NCBI GenBank assembly: GCA_002716355.1 | Contig: PBAU01000003.1 | Span: 240,001 to 272,000, forward strand | Source of the DNA: a bacterium | Lineage (GTDB): Bacteria; UBP7; UBA6624 | Reading direction: 5' to 3' | Length of the DNA: 32,000 bases | Part shown: one piece after another, positions 17,759 to 26,764 of the stretch | Numbering within the stretch: the stretch's first letter is position 1 | Layout: each line of letters opens with the position of its first letter | Made by a program: the position numbers and the translations under genes | The notes under the pieces: generated by a model | Databases searched by the model: none | Told to the model about the DNA's origin: nothing | The model's input: only the letters and a program-made list of their open reading frames with translations

Positions 17759-18349
17759 ATGATAATACCTCCAAGTGTAAAAATTGTTGCAGCTGTAAAA
17801 AACAGAAACGACTTAGAGTTAGAAAGAATCTATTCAAAAGGTATAAATAATTTTGGAGAAAACAGATTACAAGAACATTTAAATAGATCCGAAACAATTA
17901 AAAATAAAAATATACATTGGCATTTCATTGGAAGAATTCAAACGAATAAAATTAAAAAAATATCTAAAGAATTCAAGTTCATACATTCAATATCTAGATT
18001 TTCAGAAATTAAACAAATATCAAAATTAGGACCACCATATCCAATATGCTTGATTCAAGTAAATCTAGGTGATGATTCAAAATCAGGAATCAAGCCAACA
18101 GAACTAAAGCCTTTATTAGACATGACAAAGGAGGAAAATCCAAAACTACCAATCAAAGGCCTAATGACAATGCCTCCTTATACAACAAATCCAGAAGAAA
18201 ATAGAATGTGGTTTAGAGAGGTAAAAAAATTGGGGTATGAAAATTTCAAAAAACCATTATTATCCATGGGAACGACTCAAGATTGGAAAATAGCAATATC
18301 TGAAGGTTCAAACATCATAAGACTGGGGAGAAAAATTTTTGAATTCTGA
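17759..18349 (+). CDS. yggS: YggS/YlmE-family pyridoxal-phosphate-binding protein
   Basis: KIVAAVKNR contains the PLP lysine. FGENRLQE, WHFIGRIQTNKIKKI and LSMGTTQDW are also present. I prefer the ATG at 17759, one nt after the upstream TAA; the track offers the TTG at 17750. Confidence 0.85.
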   Translation: MIIPPSVKIVAAVKNRNDLELERIYSKGINNFGENRLQEHLNRSETIKNKNIHWHFIGRIQTNKIKKISKEFKFIHSISRFSEIKQISKLGPPYPICLIQVNLGDDSKSGIKPTELKPLLDMTKEENPKLPIKGLMTMPPYTTNPEENRMWFREVKKLGYENFKKPLLSMGTTQDWKIAISEGSNIIRLGRKIFEF

Positions 18350-19124
18350 ATGGATTGAACATTTAATACTTGGTTTGATTCAGGGGATTACAGAATTTCT
18401 ACCAATTTCATCTACTGGCCATCTTGTGCTTATAAGAAACTTTTTTGGAATAAACCCAGAATCAAATTCTGCTATTTTAACCATATTACATCTTGGAACA
18501 CTTTCAAGCCTGCTTGTTGTTGAAGGCAAAAATTTAACTAAAATGATATTATCTAAACATCCATTTCGCAATATTGAGTTCCATGCAATATTCATAACAA
18601 CACTTGCAACTTTAATTTTCTACTTATCTTTTCAAAATTTATTCGAATCAAGCTTCCAGGATGCAGGAAGCGTTGCGATAGGTTTAGTTTTCACTGCATT
18701 TATTTTAGTTTACGCAGAATTAAGAAAATCAAAATCATTTAAAAACCTGAGACATACGACCTTTTTAGACTGGATTGCAATAGGTTTCTTGCAGGCAGTT
18801 GCAATCATACCTGGGGTCAGTAGATCTGGAGCGACAATAGCTGGAGGATTACTTATTGGCATGAATAGATATGATTCAGTTAAATTCTCATTTATGCTAT
18901 CAATACCAGTGATACTAGGAGCTACTTTGATAAAACTGGAAAATATAGAATCGTACATTACTGCTAATCCAGGACCTGCAATATTGGGATTTTTGACTGC
19001 TTTTACATTCGGAATATGGGCAATGAAATTCATGTTAAATTATGTCAAAAAAAATAAACTTGAACCATTTGCTATATATTGCTTGATATTAGGATTCCTT
19101 TCAATATTGGTGGTAAGCAGATGA
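18339..19124 (+). CDS. uppP: undecaprenyl-diphosphate phosphatase (BacA/UppP)
   Basis: GLIQGITEFLPISSTGHL and PGVSRSGATIAGG are the two UppP signature motifs. The protein is polytopic. The TTG start overlaps yggS by 11 nt. Confidence 0.9.
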   Translation: MNSEWIEHLILGLIQGITEFLPISSTGHLVLIRNFFGINPESNSAILTILHLGTLSSLLVVEGKNLTKMILSKHPFRNIEFHAIFITTLATLIFYLSFQNLFESSFQDAGSVAIGLVFTAFILVYAELRKSKSFKNLRHTTFLDWIAIGFLQAVAIIPGVSRSGATIAGGLLIGMNRYDSVKFSFMLSIPVILGATLIKLENIESYITANPGPAILGFLTAFTFGIWAMKFMLNYVKKNKLEPFAIYCLILGFLSILVVSR

Positions 19125-21121
19125 GACTAAAAATCAACCTAGAAACTTTTTTGATTTTGTTTGTCATGTATCACACAATTGCAACAACGACACAAATACT
19201 CGATCCACTATCAGAAAACTATAGAGAGTTATTTATTTCTTTATGGGGTAAAAAATCATGGATTTATCCTTTAATTCTTGTTTATCCCATCCTAAATTCA
19301 ATCAATGAAAAAAAATTCATTAGACTTCTTTTGGTTCCCTGGCTATTTTTACTTCTTGGATCTGGAAGTGATTCTGGCATATGGGGAAAAAACATTTATT
19401 CTTTTGTCCGGAGCATAATTGACAATGAAGGAATAATAATGCTAAATATATTTGCCTTCATTTCAATTGGTATTATTTACTTTAATTTACACGAACATGT
19501 AAAAAATGCTTTTCAAGATTTGCATAAAAAAAATAGCTTTGAGAAAGATTTCAATTCTGGCAATTTTGAAAAAGATTATGAATCATTGAAAAAATCTAAA
19601 ATAACAACAAGCACCCTAGTGAAGAAAGATACAAAAAAGAAAATTACTCAAAAAATAAAAATCCAAAAAAATGATAAAAAAACTACTAAAAAGCACGAAG
19701 GCAAGCCAGTAACAAAAGGCTACCATATACCAATAGAACTTTTACATAAACCAGAGCCAGTAATAGAAATGGGGGTGCAGGAAGTCAAAGATATGGCTGA
19801 GACGATTATAAAAACCTTAAAAGATTGTGCTGGATCTGAAACCTTTTATGAAAGCTGTGCTCAAGGACGTTCTGTTGTAAGGTTTGAATTCAGAGTTTCT
19901 CCATCGGCAAATTTATCAAAAATAAGAAGTTCTGCAGAAAATATTGCAGTAGCTATTGCAAGCGTAGGAAAAGTCAGAATAGAAGCGCCTGTTATTGGCA
20001 AAAGCACCATAGCTGTAGAAATACCTCAAAGAAATAAATCGATTCTGAGATTAAGCGAAGTTATAAAAAATCAAAAAAACGCTAATGGTTTAAACTTCAT
20101 AATGGGAGCCCAGGTAGATGGAAGTCTATTTAATGTAGATTTAGCGGCATTACCGCATATGCTAATCGCAGGGGCAACACAATCGGGAAAATCAGTTTTT
20201 GTAAATACATTATTGTTAAATTTAATATACAACAAAAGCCCAAAAGAACTGAAGCTAATACTTGCCGATATGAAAAAAGTTGAACTAACCCTCTATAAAG
20301 ATATTCCTCACCTTTTAGTCCCGATTGTTTCAACCCCAGATCCAGCATTAAATGCATTAGATTGGGCAAGAATGGAAGTTGATCGCAGATACGAGCTGCT
20401 AGAAGAATCCAAAACAAAAAATTTAGAAGAATACAACAAAAAAACTAAAAACAAACTTCCATACATAGTTATAGTCTTAGAAGAGCTTTCAGCACTTTTA
20501 ATAACATCCAAAAACAGAGTAATAGAGTCCTTGTCTGACCTTTCAGAAAGAGCAAGAGCAGCAGGAGTTCATTTAATTGCAACAATGCAAAGACCCGATT
20601 CAAAAAAGCTAGATGGGTCTGTTAAAGCTAACCTCCCTGGGAAAGTTAGCTTCAGATTAGGGACAAGATCTGACTCAATAACAGTTTTTGGCAAAGGTGG
20701 AGCGGAAAATCTTCTAGGCAGAGGAGACCTTTATTTCGATAGTCCAACACACCCTGAGTTAATAAGGTGTCAGGCTCCATTGGTAGAAACAGAAGAGATA
20801 GAAAAAGTGCTTAATTATCTAATTAAAAATTATGGTGAAGCTGAGTATGACAAATCAGTTGAAGGTGAAGTGATCACACCAATAGATGAAATTAATGACG
20901 ACATTTTAGATGGTATGTCAAGCACCGATCGTCAACTAATCAATGATATTAGACAAAGAATCAAAGATGAAGATGCAATAAGCGTGAGTCAGCTTCAAAG
21001 ACTTTTTGGTATTGGATACAATAAAGCATCGAGAATGATGATGATAATGGAGCAATTAAATTGGGTTCATCAAGACCCAAATACATCAGCAGGGAAAAAA
21101 GGATGGGTAGTTGATTTGTGA
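19121..21121 (+). CDS. ftsK: DNA translocase FtsK/SpoIIIE
   Basis: Hydrophobic N-terminal domain, Lys-rich linker, Walker A IAGATQSGKSV, Walker B region YIVIVLEELSAL, and a gamma winged-helix ISVSQLQRLFGIGYNKASRMMMIMEQLNWV. I prefer the ATG at 19121, which overlaps the uppP stop (ATGA). Confidence 0.9.
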   Translation: MRLKINLETFLILFVMYHTIATTTQILDPLSENYRELFISLWGKKSWIYPLILVYPILNSINEKKFIRLLLVPWLFLLLGSGSDSGIWGKNIYSFVRSIIDNEGIIMLNIFAFISIGIIYFNLHEHVKNAFQDLHKKNSFEKDFNSGNFEKDYESLKKSKITTSTLVKKDTKKKITQKIKIQKNDKKTTKKHEGKPVTKGYHIPIELLHKPEPVIEMGVQEVKDMAETIIKTLKDCAGSETFYESCAQGRSVVRFEFRVSPSANLSKIRSSAENIAVAIASVGKVRIEAPVIGKSTIAVEIPQRNKSILRLSEVIKNQKNANGLNFIMGAQVDGSLFNVDLAALPHMLIAGATQSGKSVFVNTLLLNLIYNKSPKELKLILADMKKVELTLYKDIPHLLVPIVSTPDPALNALDWARMEVDRRYELLEESKTKNLEEYNKKTKNKLPYIVIVLEELSALLITSKNRVIESLSDLSERARAAGVHLIATMQRPDSKKLDGSVKANLPGKVSFRLGTRSDSITVFGKGGAENLLGRGDLYFDSPTHPELIRCQAPLVETEEIEKVLNYLIKNYGEAEYDKSVEGEVITPIDEINDDILDGMSSTDRQLINDIRQRIKDEDAISVSQLQRLFGIGYNKASRMMMIMEQLNWVHQDPNTSAGKKGWVVDL

Positions 21122-21175
21122 GGAAAGCAATCAAAGCACAAATAATTAAATGTACCAATTTGGGGTCTTTTAAAA

Positions 21176-22060
21176 ATGGATCCTGATTTTTTATCTTTAG
21201 GCGATCTCACAATAAGATGGTACGGCTTATGCATGGCCTCTACTGTATTTATATCCTGGTGGTGGTCCAACAAATGGATAGAGAACAACAAAAAATCCGG
21301 TTTAGATAAAAAAGAATTTGAAGATGGTTTATTTTGGGCTGTTGTGTGGGGGATATTTGGAGCAAGGCTAGTTTATGTTTTAACCAACCTACCCCAATAT
21401 CAAAATCTAACTGAAGCAATGCAGATATGGAAAGGAGGATTGTCATTTCATGGAGCAATTGCTTTTGGTATTTTTTATTGGTCGTTATGGGCAAAAAAAA
21501 GAAATATAAAACTATGCAGGATATTAGACTTACTGGCCTACCCTTCAGCAATAGGTATTATTTTTGGAAGAATTGGCAACCTTATGAATGGAGATGATGC
21601 AGCGGGCAGGCTGACAGATTTGCCTATAGGTTATACATGGCCAGAAAAAGCATATGGCTTTTCAAGCTTTTGTCCTAACATTCAAGAAACTATTGCTACA
21701 TGCTCAACTGAACTTGTCAGGGGTCCAGTTCACCTTTCTCAAGTTTACGGCATGCTTGTTGGATTGATACTTTTTTTAATACTATGGATAGGAACAAGGA
21801 TTCCTAGGCATGAAGGGTGGTTAACTGGCCAATGGTTAATATGGTATTCCTTGTTAAGATCAGTACTAGAGGAGCCTTTTAGAAACAATCCCATATACTG
21901 GAAAGTGTTTGAAAATCAAGAAATTGGCTTTTCTATTTTCACATTGACCCAAATAGCATCCTTCTTAATAATTGCAATAGGTTTATTGGTATTGAAAATG
22001 ACAGAAAAAAACGAGACAAGTCCCTGGACAGGTTTTAATTATTTTAAAATTAAGGAATAA
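21176..22060 (+). CDS. lgt: prolipoprotein diacylglyceryl transferase
   Basis: LTIRWYGLCMA, SFHGAIAFGIF and FGRIGNLMNGD fit Lgt motifs (i.irwYgl; GRiGNFiNgE). The protein is polytopic. Confidence 0.85.
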   Translation: MDPDFLSLGDLTIRWYGLCMASTVFISWWWSNKWIENNKKSGLDKKEFEDGLFWAVVWGIFGARLVYVLTNLPQYQNLTEAMQIWKGGLSFHGAIAFGIFYWSLWAKKRNIKLCRILDLLAYPSAIGIIFGRIGNLMNGDDAAGRLTDLPIGYTWPEKAYGFSSFCPNIQETIATCSTELVRGPVHLSQVYGMLVGLILFLILWIGTRIPRHEGWLTGQWLIWYSLLRSVLEEPFRNNPIYWKVFENQEIGFSIFTLTQIASFLIIAIGLLVLKMTEKNETSPWTGFNYFKIKE

Positions 22061-22065
22061 CATAA

Positions 22066-23148
22066 ATGAAAAAAACATTAATAATTATTTTTACATCTTT
22101 GATTTTCTCTTCATGCGGGAAAGTCAATAACGAACACACCCTGCTCTATCTTGTCAATGAAAGGCCAGATGAAGTTGTTATAGTTGACACATCTGATCAA
22201 AAGGTTATCAACAGATTCATGGCTGGAGAGGGCTTGAATGATTTAACTCTTGTTCCAGATCAAGGAATAGGGTTTATAGCAAATCAACATGGCGGTGTAA
22301 TATCTGTTGTTGATTTAAACATGGGGACATTAGAAAGTGAAATACCCACAAATGGCTTCCCTTTACATTTAACCAGTCCTCCTTCTGGAGAAAAAGTTTA
22401 TGCAACTATAGCAAACCCGGAAACACTTCAAGCAAATGAAGTAAGTGTTTTTTCTGTTAGCTCTTCATCTTTTATTGAATCAATACCGATAGGAAACACA
22501 ATAAACAATATAGAAATACATCCTGATGGAAAAACTCTTTATGCCACAAGGGCAAATACTGCAATGCTATTTCTGGTTGACACAACTAAAAAAACAATAA
22601 GAAAAGAAAAAGTTTTGTCTAATTCTCCTGCAGCAATGGCTGTAAGTCCAGATGGGAAATATATTGCTCTGGCTTTAACGCAGACTGACACAGTTCAAAT
22701 ATATGACCAAAATGCAGAAGATTTAATATTCTCCATACCTGTAGGTGATGCTCCAAGAGCAGTAACATTTTCAGATGATGGAAAATTAGTTTTAGCTGCT
22801 GACATGAGAACAAGATTTGTTCATATCGCAAAAACTGAATCAGGAGAAATTATTGGAAAAATAAAATTTGATATGGCTCCAACAAATTTAAGAGTGGTTA
22901 ATGGAAAAGTTTGGGCTACAGTCAAAGCTCCTTTTATATTCGGGGCAGACCTTGAAAGCTTGGAGATAACAGACAAAATACATCTAAACTCTATACCTGT
23001 TACATTTGAAGCAATAGCTCCTAACAAACTCTCATCAAATAATACTGATTCTGGTTTGCCAATAACTGAAATTGCTATATTTTTAGTTATTTTTTATCTT
23101 ATAAAAAAAGCTAAAAAACGAGAAAAGAAAGAAAAGGAAGGAAAATAA
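22066..23148 (+). CDS. YVTN-type beta-propeller lipoprotein with C-terminal transmembrane/basic tail
   Basis: Signal peptide with lipobox LIFSSC. Repeated roughly 40-aa units of the YVTN propeller type (VYATIAN, LYATRAN, AVSPDGKYIALA, VTFSDDGKLVLAA). The C-terminus is GLPITE-IAIFLVIFYLI-KKAKKREKKEKEGK. Confidence 0.7.
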   Translation: MKKTLIIIFTSLIFSSCGKVNNEHTLLYLVNERPDEVVIVDTSDQKVINRFMAGEGLNDLTLVPDQGIGFIANQHGGVISVVDLNMGTLESEIPTNGFPLHLTSPPSGEKVYATIANPETLQANEVSVFSVSSSSFIESIPIGNTINNIEIHPDGKTLYATRANTAMLFLVDTTKKTIRKEKVLSNSPAAMAVSPDGKYIALALTQTDTVQIYDQNAEDLIFSIPVGDAPRAVTFSDDGKLVLAADMRTRFVHIAKTESGEIIGKIKFDMAPTNLRVVNGKVWATVKAPFIFGADLESLEITDKIHLNSIPVTFEAIAPNKLSSNNTDSGLPITEIAIFLVIFYLIKKAKKREKKEKEGK

Positions 23149-23934
23149 TTGAATAAAGAAATAGGAATATTCCTTCTATTAGCTCTTAGTTCCTGTTCAG
23201 GCTCTCAGCCAACTAGCGCTAGAGTTCCATCGGCTGCAACAAGCACAAAAAATAGACCTCCAGTTATCGAAAGTCTAGAAACAAGTCCAAAATTTGTTTC
23301 TTTTTCAGGTGAAGCAACAACAAGAGCAATAGCTTCGGATCCAGATTTTGACAGATTGGATTTTCTATGGGAAATTACAGGCGGAAAAATCCTGGAAGGT
23401 AAAAACACCCCTTTTGTAAAATGGAAAGCTGATGAAGGTTCTGAAAAAATAAACATAAAAGTCACAGTAAAGGATTCAGATGGTTACAAAGAAGAAAATC
23501 TTGAATTAAAACTTACGAAAAAAAATCTTTTTCTTGAAGAGAAAAAACCTGAAAAAGAAAAACATGGTGAAGAATATAAAATTTTTCTAAAAACAATCAA
23601 TATCGATTCCTTTAGCATGTCCAACATTCAGATTAATTACCCTTCTGAAAAAATAAAATTAAAAAATATTGTCTTTAATGGTTTGGAAAAAAAAGATCAT
23701 GAAGATTGGTATTCGATCATAGATGCTTCAAAAATAGGAAAAATAAAAATAACCCTCCTCCCGAAAGGGGAAAAAGAAAAAAAAGGAGGAAAGATTGCCA
23801 CGGTTAATTTCATCTTAAGGGATGATTCTTACCCTTTGATTAATGATTTTTCCTTTAAACAAACCGGAAAAGAAATAGGATTTTGGAATAAAGTTAAAGA
23901 AATTATTCCAGTAGCCTTGTCAAATCCAAAATAA
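23149..23934 (+). CDS. lipoprotein with Ig-like (PKD-type) and cohesin-like domains (hypothetical)
   Basis: The TTG start abuts the previous stop. Lipobox LLALSSC. PPVIESLETSP...ASDPDFDRLDFLWEITGG...INIKVTVKDSDG follows the common PKD/Ig-like pattern. The C-terminal half (KIFLKTINIDSF...IQINYPSEKIKLKNI...KIATVNFIL) looks cohesin-like, by eye only. Confidence 0.5.
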   Translation: MNKEIGIFLLLALSSCSGSQPTSARVPSAATSTKNRPPVIESLETSPKFVSFSGEATTRAIASDPDFDRLDFLWEITGGKILEGKNTPFVKWKADEGSEKINIKVTVKDSDGYKEENLELKLTKKNLFLEEKKPEKEKHGEEYKIFLKTINIDSFSMSNIQINYPSEKIKLKNIVFNGLEKKDHEDWYSIIDASKIGKIKITLLPKGEKEKKGGKIATVNFILRDDSYPLINDFSFKQTGKEIGFWNKVKEIIPVALSNPK

Positions 23935-23946
23935 AACTTAACCGAA

Positions 23947-26745
23947 ATGTCTAAAAATATATTTATACAAGGTGCAAAAATACATAATTTAAAAAACATA
24001 AATGTTGAAATACTATCTAATAAACTAACTGTTATCTCTGGTTTAAGTGGCTCTGGAAAATCCTCACTGGCATTCGATACGCTTTACTCAGAAGGAAGAA
24101 GGCTTTACCTTGACAGTCTTTCAACTTATGCAAAACAATTTTTAGGCGATTTAAAAAAATCAAATGTAGACAATATAGAAGGCATATCTCCAGCAATAGC
24201 AATAAATCAAGCACCTCTATCTAAGAATCCAAGATCGACAGTTGGAACAGCAACAGAATTATTAGATTTTTTAAGATTGTTATATGGCAGAGCTGGAGTG
24301 CCCTACTGCCCAAAATCAAATAAAAAAGCCATATCCCAAAGTTCAGAATCAATATTGAAAAAACTTTTAAGCTACGAAAAAGGAACAAAATACATAATCT
24401 ATGCACCAATTGCAAGATCAAAAAAAGGTGAATTTCAAAATCTCATAACAGCTTTAAAAACTGAGGGTTATTCAAGATTAAGAATTGACAAAAACATCTA
24501 TAGGCTTGATCAGGAAATAAAAATAGAAAAAAACAAAAGACATGATATAGATCTTGTAATAGACAGACTAGTTGCAGGAGGTGATAAAAAAAGAATATCA
24601 AGATCAATAAAAACCGCTCTAGAAAAAGGAAAAGGTCAAATAATTATTGAAAATTTATCAAAAAAACAAGAAAAAACTTACAGTGAATTATTCATATCAC
24701 CAGAAACCGGAGAAACCATACCACCATTAAATCCAAGATTTTTTTCTTTTAACTCACCAGAAGGAGCTTGTAAAAAATGCAAAGGTATTGGTATTGTTGA
24801 GCAGGTTGATATTGATGCATTAATAAATTGGAATGCAAGCTTAATCAATGGTGGTATCAAAGCCTTAAAAGAAAGACTTTTGGACAGATGGCATCAAGCT
24901 TCTGCAAGAGGCATCATGGAGTCTTTCGGGGAAGACCCAAGCAAAAAACTAAAAGATGTGGATGAAAAGATTTTAAATATTATTATTTTTGGATCTGGTG
25001 AAGAAAAAATTTCTTATATTATGAATTCAAGAAGGGGTAAAAAGTATCATTTCAATCACGCTGTCAAAGGAATATCAGCAGCACTTTGGAAAAAAATGTC
25101 AAACACAAAAAGCCCAAGCATTAAAAAAAGAGTGCAAAAATATATATTTCAAAAAGTATGTCCTGAATGTGAAGGACAAAGACTAAAAAAGACCGCTTTA
25201 GCTGCACGTTTTTCCAAAACGAGCTTCTCTGAAATATCACAGATGTCATTAAAGCAAATGCACTCATGGGTTAAAAAAATAAAAATTCAAAAAAGTCAAA
25301 AGCAAATTGCTGAACCGATATTGAAAGAAATCAAAAATCGTCTTGATTTTTTAATCGAAGTTGGTGTTGGCTACCTAGAAATAGACAGGCTTTCTTCAAC
25401 CTTATCCGGCGGAGAGTCAAAAAGAATAAAGTTAGCAAAACAAATTGGAGGCAAGATGTCAGGCGTTCTTTATGTGCTTGACGAACCGACAATCGGCTTG
25501 CACCCTAATGACACATCAAAATTAATAAGATCATTAAAATCTTTGGTTGACCTAGGAAATACTGTGATTGTTGTAGAGCATGATCCCGAAACAATCAAAA
25601 AATCTGATGAGTTAATTGAAATAGGTCCTGGAGCTGGAATTTTTGGCGGCCACATCATTTATCAAGGCACACCGCAAGATGCTACGAAGGATAAAAATAG
25701 CCTTATAGGGCCTTGGCTCAACAAACAACTTCAAGTAAAAAAGAAAAAACGAAAGCTTAAAGCTGGGATAAGGATAAAAAAAGCTAAAGTTAACAATTTA
25801 AAAAATATATCAATCTCAATACCTTCTGGAGGAATGATTGCCTTGTGTGGCCCTTCAGGGTCAGGAAAAAGCAGCCTACTTGAAGGTGTTATAAACAACG
25901 GATACAAAGAAATCAAATCTCAAAAAAAACTATCAAGTGAAATTGCTGAAACCATTGACTCAATAGACATTTATGAAAAAGTTGAATTGATAGACCAATC
26001 CCCAATAGGTAGAACGCCTAGAAGCAATCCTGCCACATATACTGACATATTCACAATAATAAGAAATATTTTTTCAAAAACACATGAATCCCAAAGTCAA
26101 GGTTACAGTTCTGGTTTTTTCTCGTTTAATGTACCTGGTGGAAGATGTGAACATTGCAAAGGTAGCGGTTATCAAGAAGTAGAAATGCATTTTTTAGCTG
26201 ATGTATCTATAAAGTGCCCTTCTTGCAATGGTGAAAGATATGGAGATGAAGGACTTTCAGTAAAGCACAAAGGACTAAACATATCTCAAATATTAAACCT
26301 TTCAGTTGATGAGGCAAAAGATTTCTTTTCAGATGTTTCGATACTTAAAAAAAGACTTGAAACACTATCAAAAGTCGGACTTGGATACATATCCCTAGGT
26401 CACCCAGCCACAACTTTATCTGGAGGAGAAGCTCAAAGACTGAAATTATCCAAACACCTTGGAAAAAAAAGAAAAGGCAAATCGTTAATACTTTTAGACG
26501 AACCAACAACAGGGCTTCATCCAAATGATATAAAGAAGCTTATAAATGTATTTGATGAACTTGTAGATCAAGGTAACACTCTTATGGTGATAGAACACAA
26601 TTTACAAATTCTTTCTTATGCAGATTGGGTTATTGAAATGGGTAAAGAGGGTGGAAAAAAAGGAGGAGAAATTGTATTTGAAGGAGATCTTAATGCTTTA
26701 AAAAGGGCAAACACGCTTACATCAAAAGAAGTAAAAAAATGGTGA
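23947..26745 (+). CDS. uvrA: excinuclease ABC subunit A
   Basis: GAKIHNLKNINVEI...VISGLSGSGKSSLAFDTLYSEGRR, two ABC modules (LSGGESKRIKLAKQ and LSGGEAQRLKLSKHL, LDEPTIGLHP and LDEPTTGLHP), and CxxC zinc modules. Confidence 0.97.
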   Translation: MSKNIFIQGAKIHNLKNINVEILSNKLTVISGLSGSGKSSLAFDTLYSEGRRLYLDSLSTYAKQFLGDLKKSNVDNIEGISPAIAINQAPLSKNPRSTVGTATELLDFLRLLYGRAGVPYCPKSNKKAISQSSESILKKLLSYEKGTKYIIYAPIARSKKGEFQNLITALKTEGYSRLRIDKNIYRLDQEIKIEKNKRHDIDLVIDRLVAGGDKKRISRSIKTALEKGKGQIIIENLSKKQEKTYSELFISPETGETIPPLNPRFFSFNSPEGACKKCKGIGIVEQVDIDALINWNASLINGGIKALKERLLDRWHQASARGIMESFGEDPSKKLKDVDEKILNIIIFGSGEEKISYIMNSRRGKKYHFNHAVKGISAALWKKMSNTKSPSIKKRVQKYIFQKVCPECEGQRLKKTALAARFSKTSFSEISQMSLKQMHSWVKKIKIQKSQKQIAEPILKEIKNRLDFLIEVGVGYLEIDRLSSTLSGGESKRIKLAKQIGGKMSGVLYVLDEPTIGLHPNDTSKLIRSLKSLVDLGNTVIVVEHDPETIKKSDELIEIGPGAGIFGGHIIYQGTPQDATKDKNSLIGPWLNKQLQVKKKKRKLKAGIRIKKAKVNNLKNISISIPSGGMIALCGPSGSGKSSLLEGVINNGYKEIKSQKKLSSEIAETIDSIDIYEKVELIDQSPIGRTPRSNPATYTDIFTIIRNIFSKTHESQSQGYSSGFFSFNVPGGRCEHCKGSGYQEVEMHFLADVSIKCPSCNGERYGDEGLSVKHKGLNISQILNLSVDEAKDFFSDVSILKKRLETLSKVGLGYISLGHPATTLSGGEAQRLKLSKHLGKKRKGKSLILLDEPTTGLHPNDIKKLINVFDELVDQGNTLMVIEHNLQILSYADWVIEMGKEGGKKGGEIVFEGDLNALKRANTLTSKEVKKW

Positions 26746-26764
26746 AGCGGAGATTGTCAAAAAA

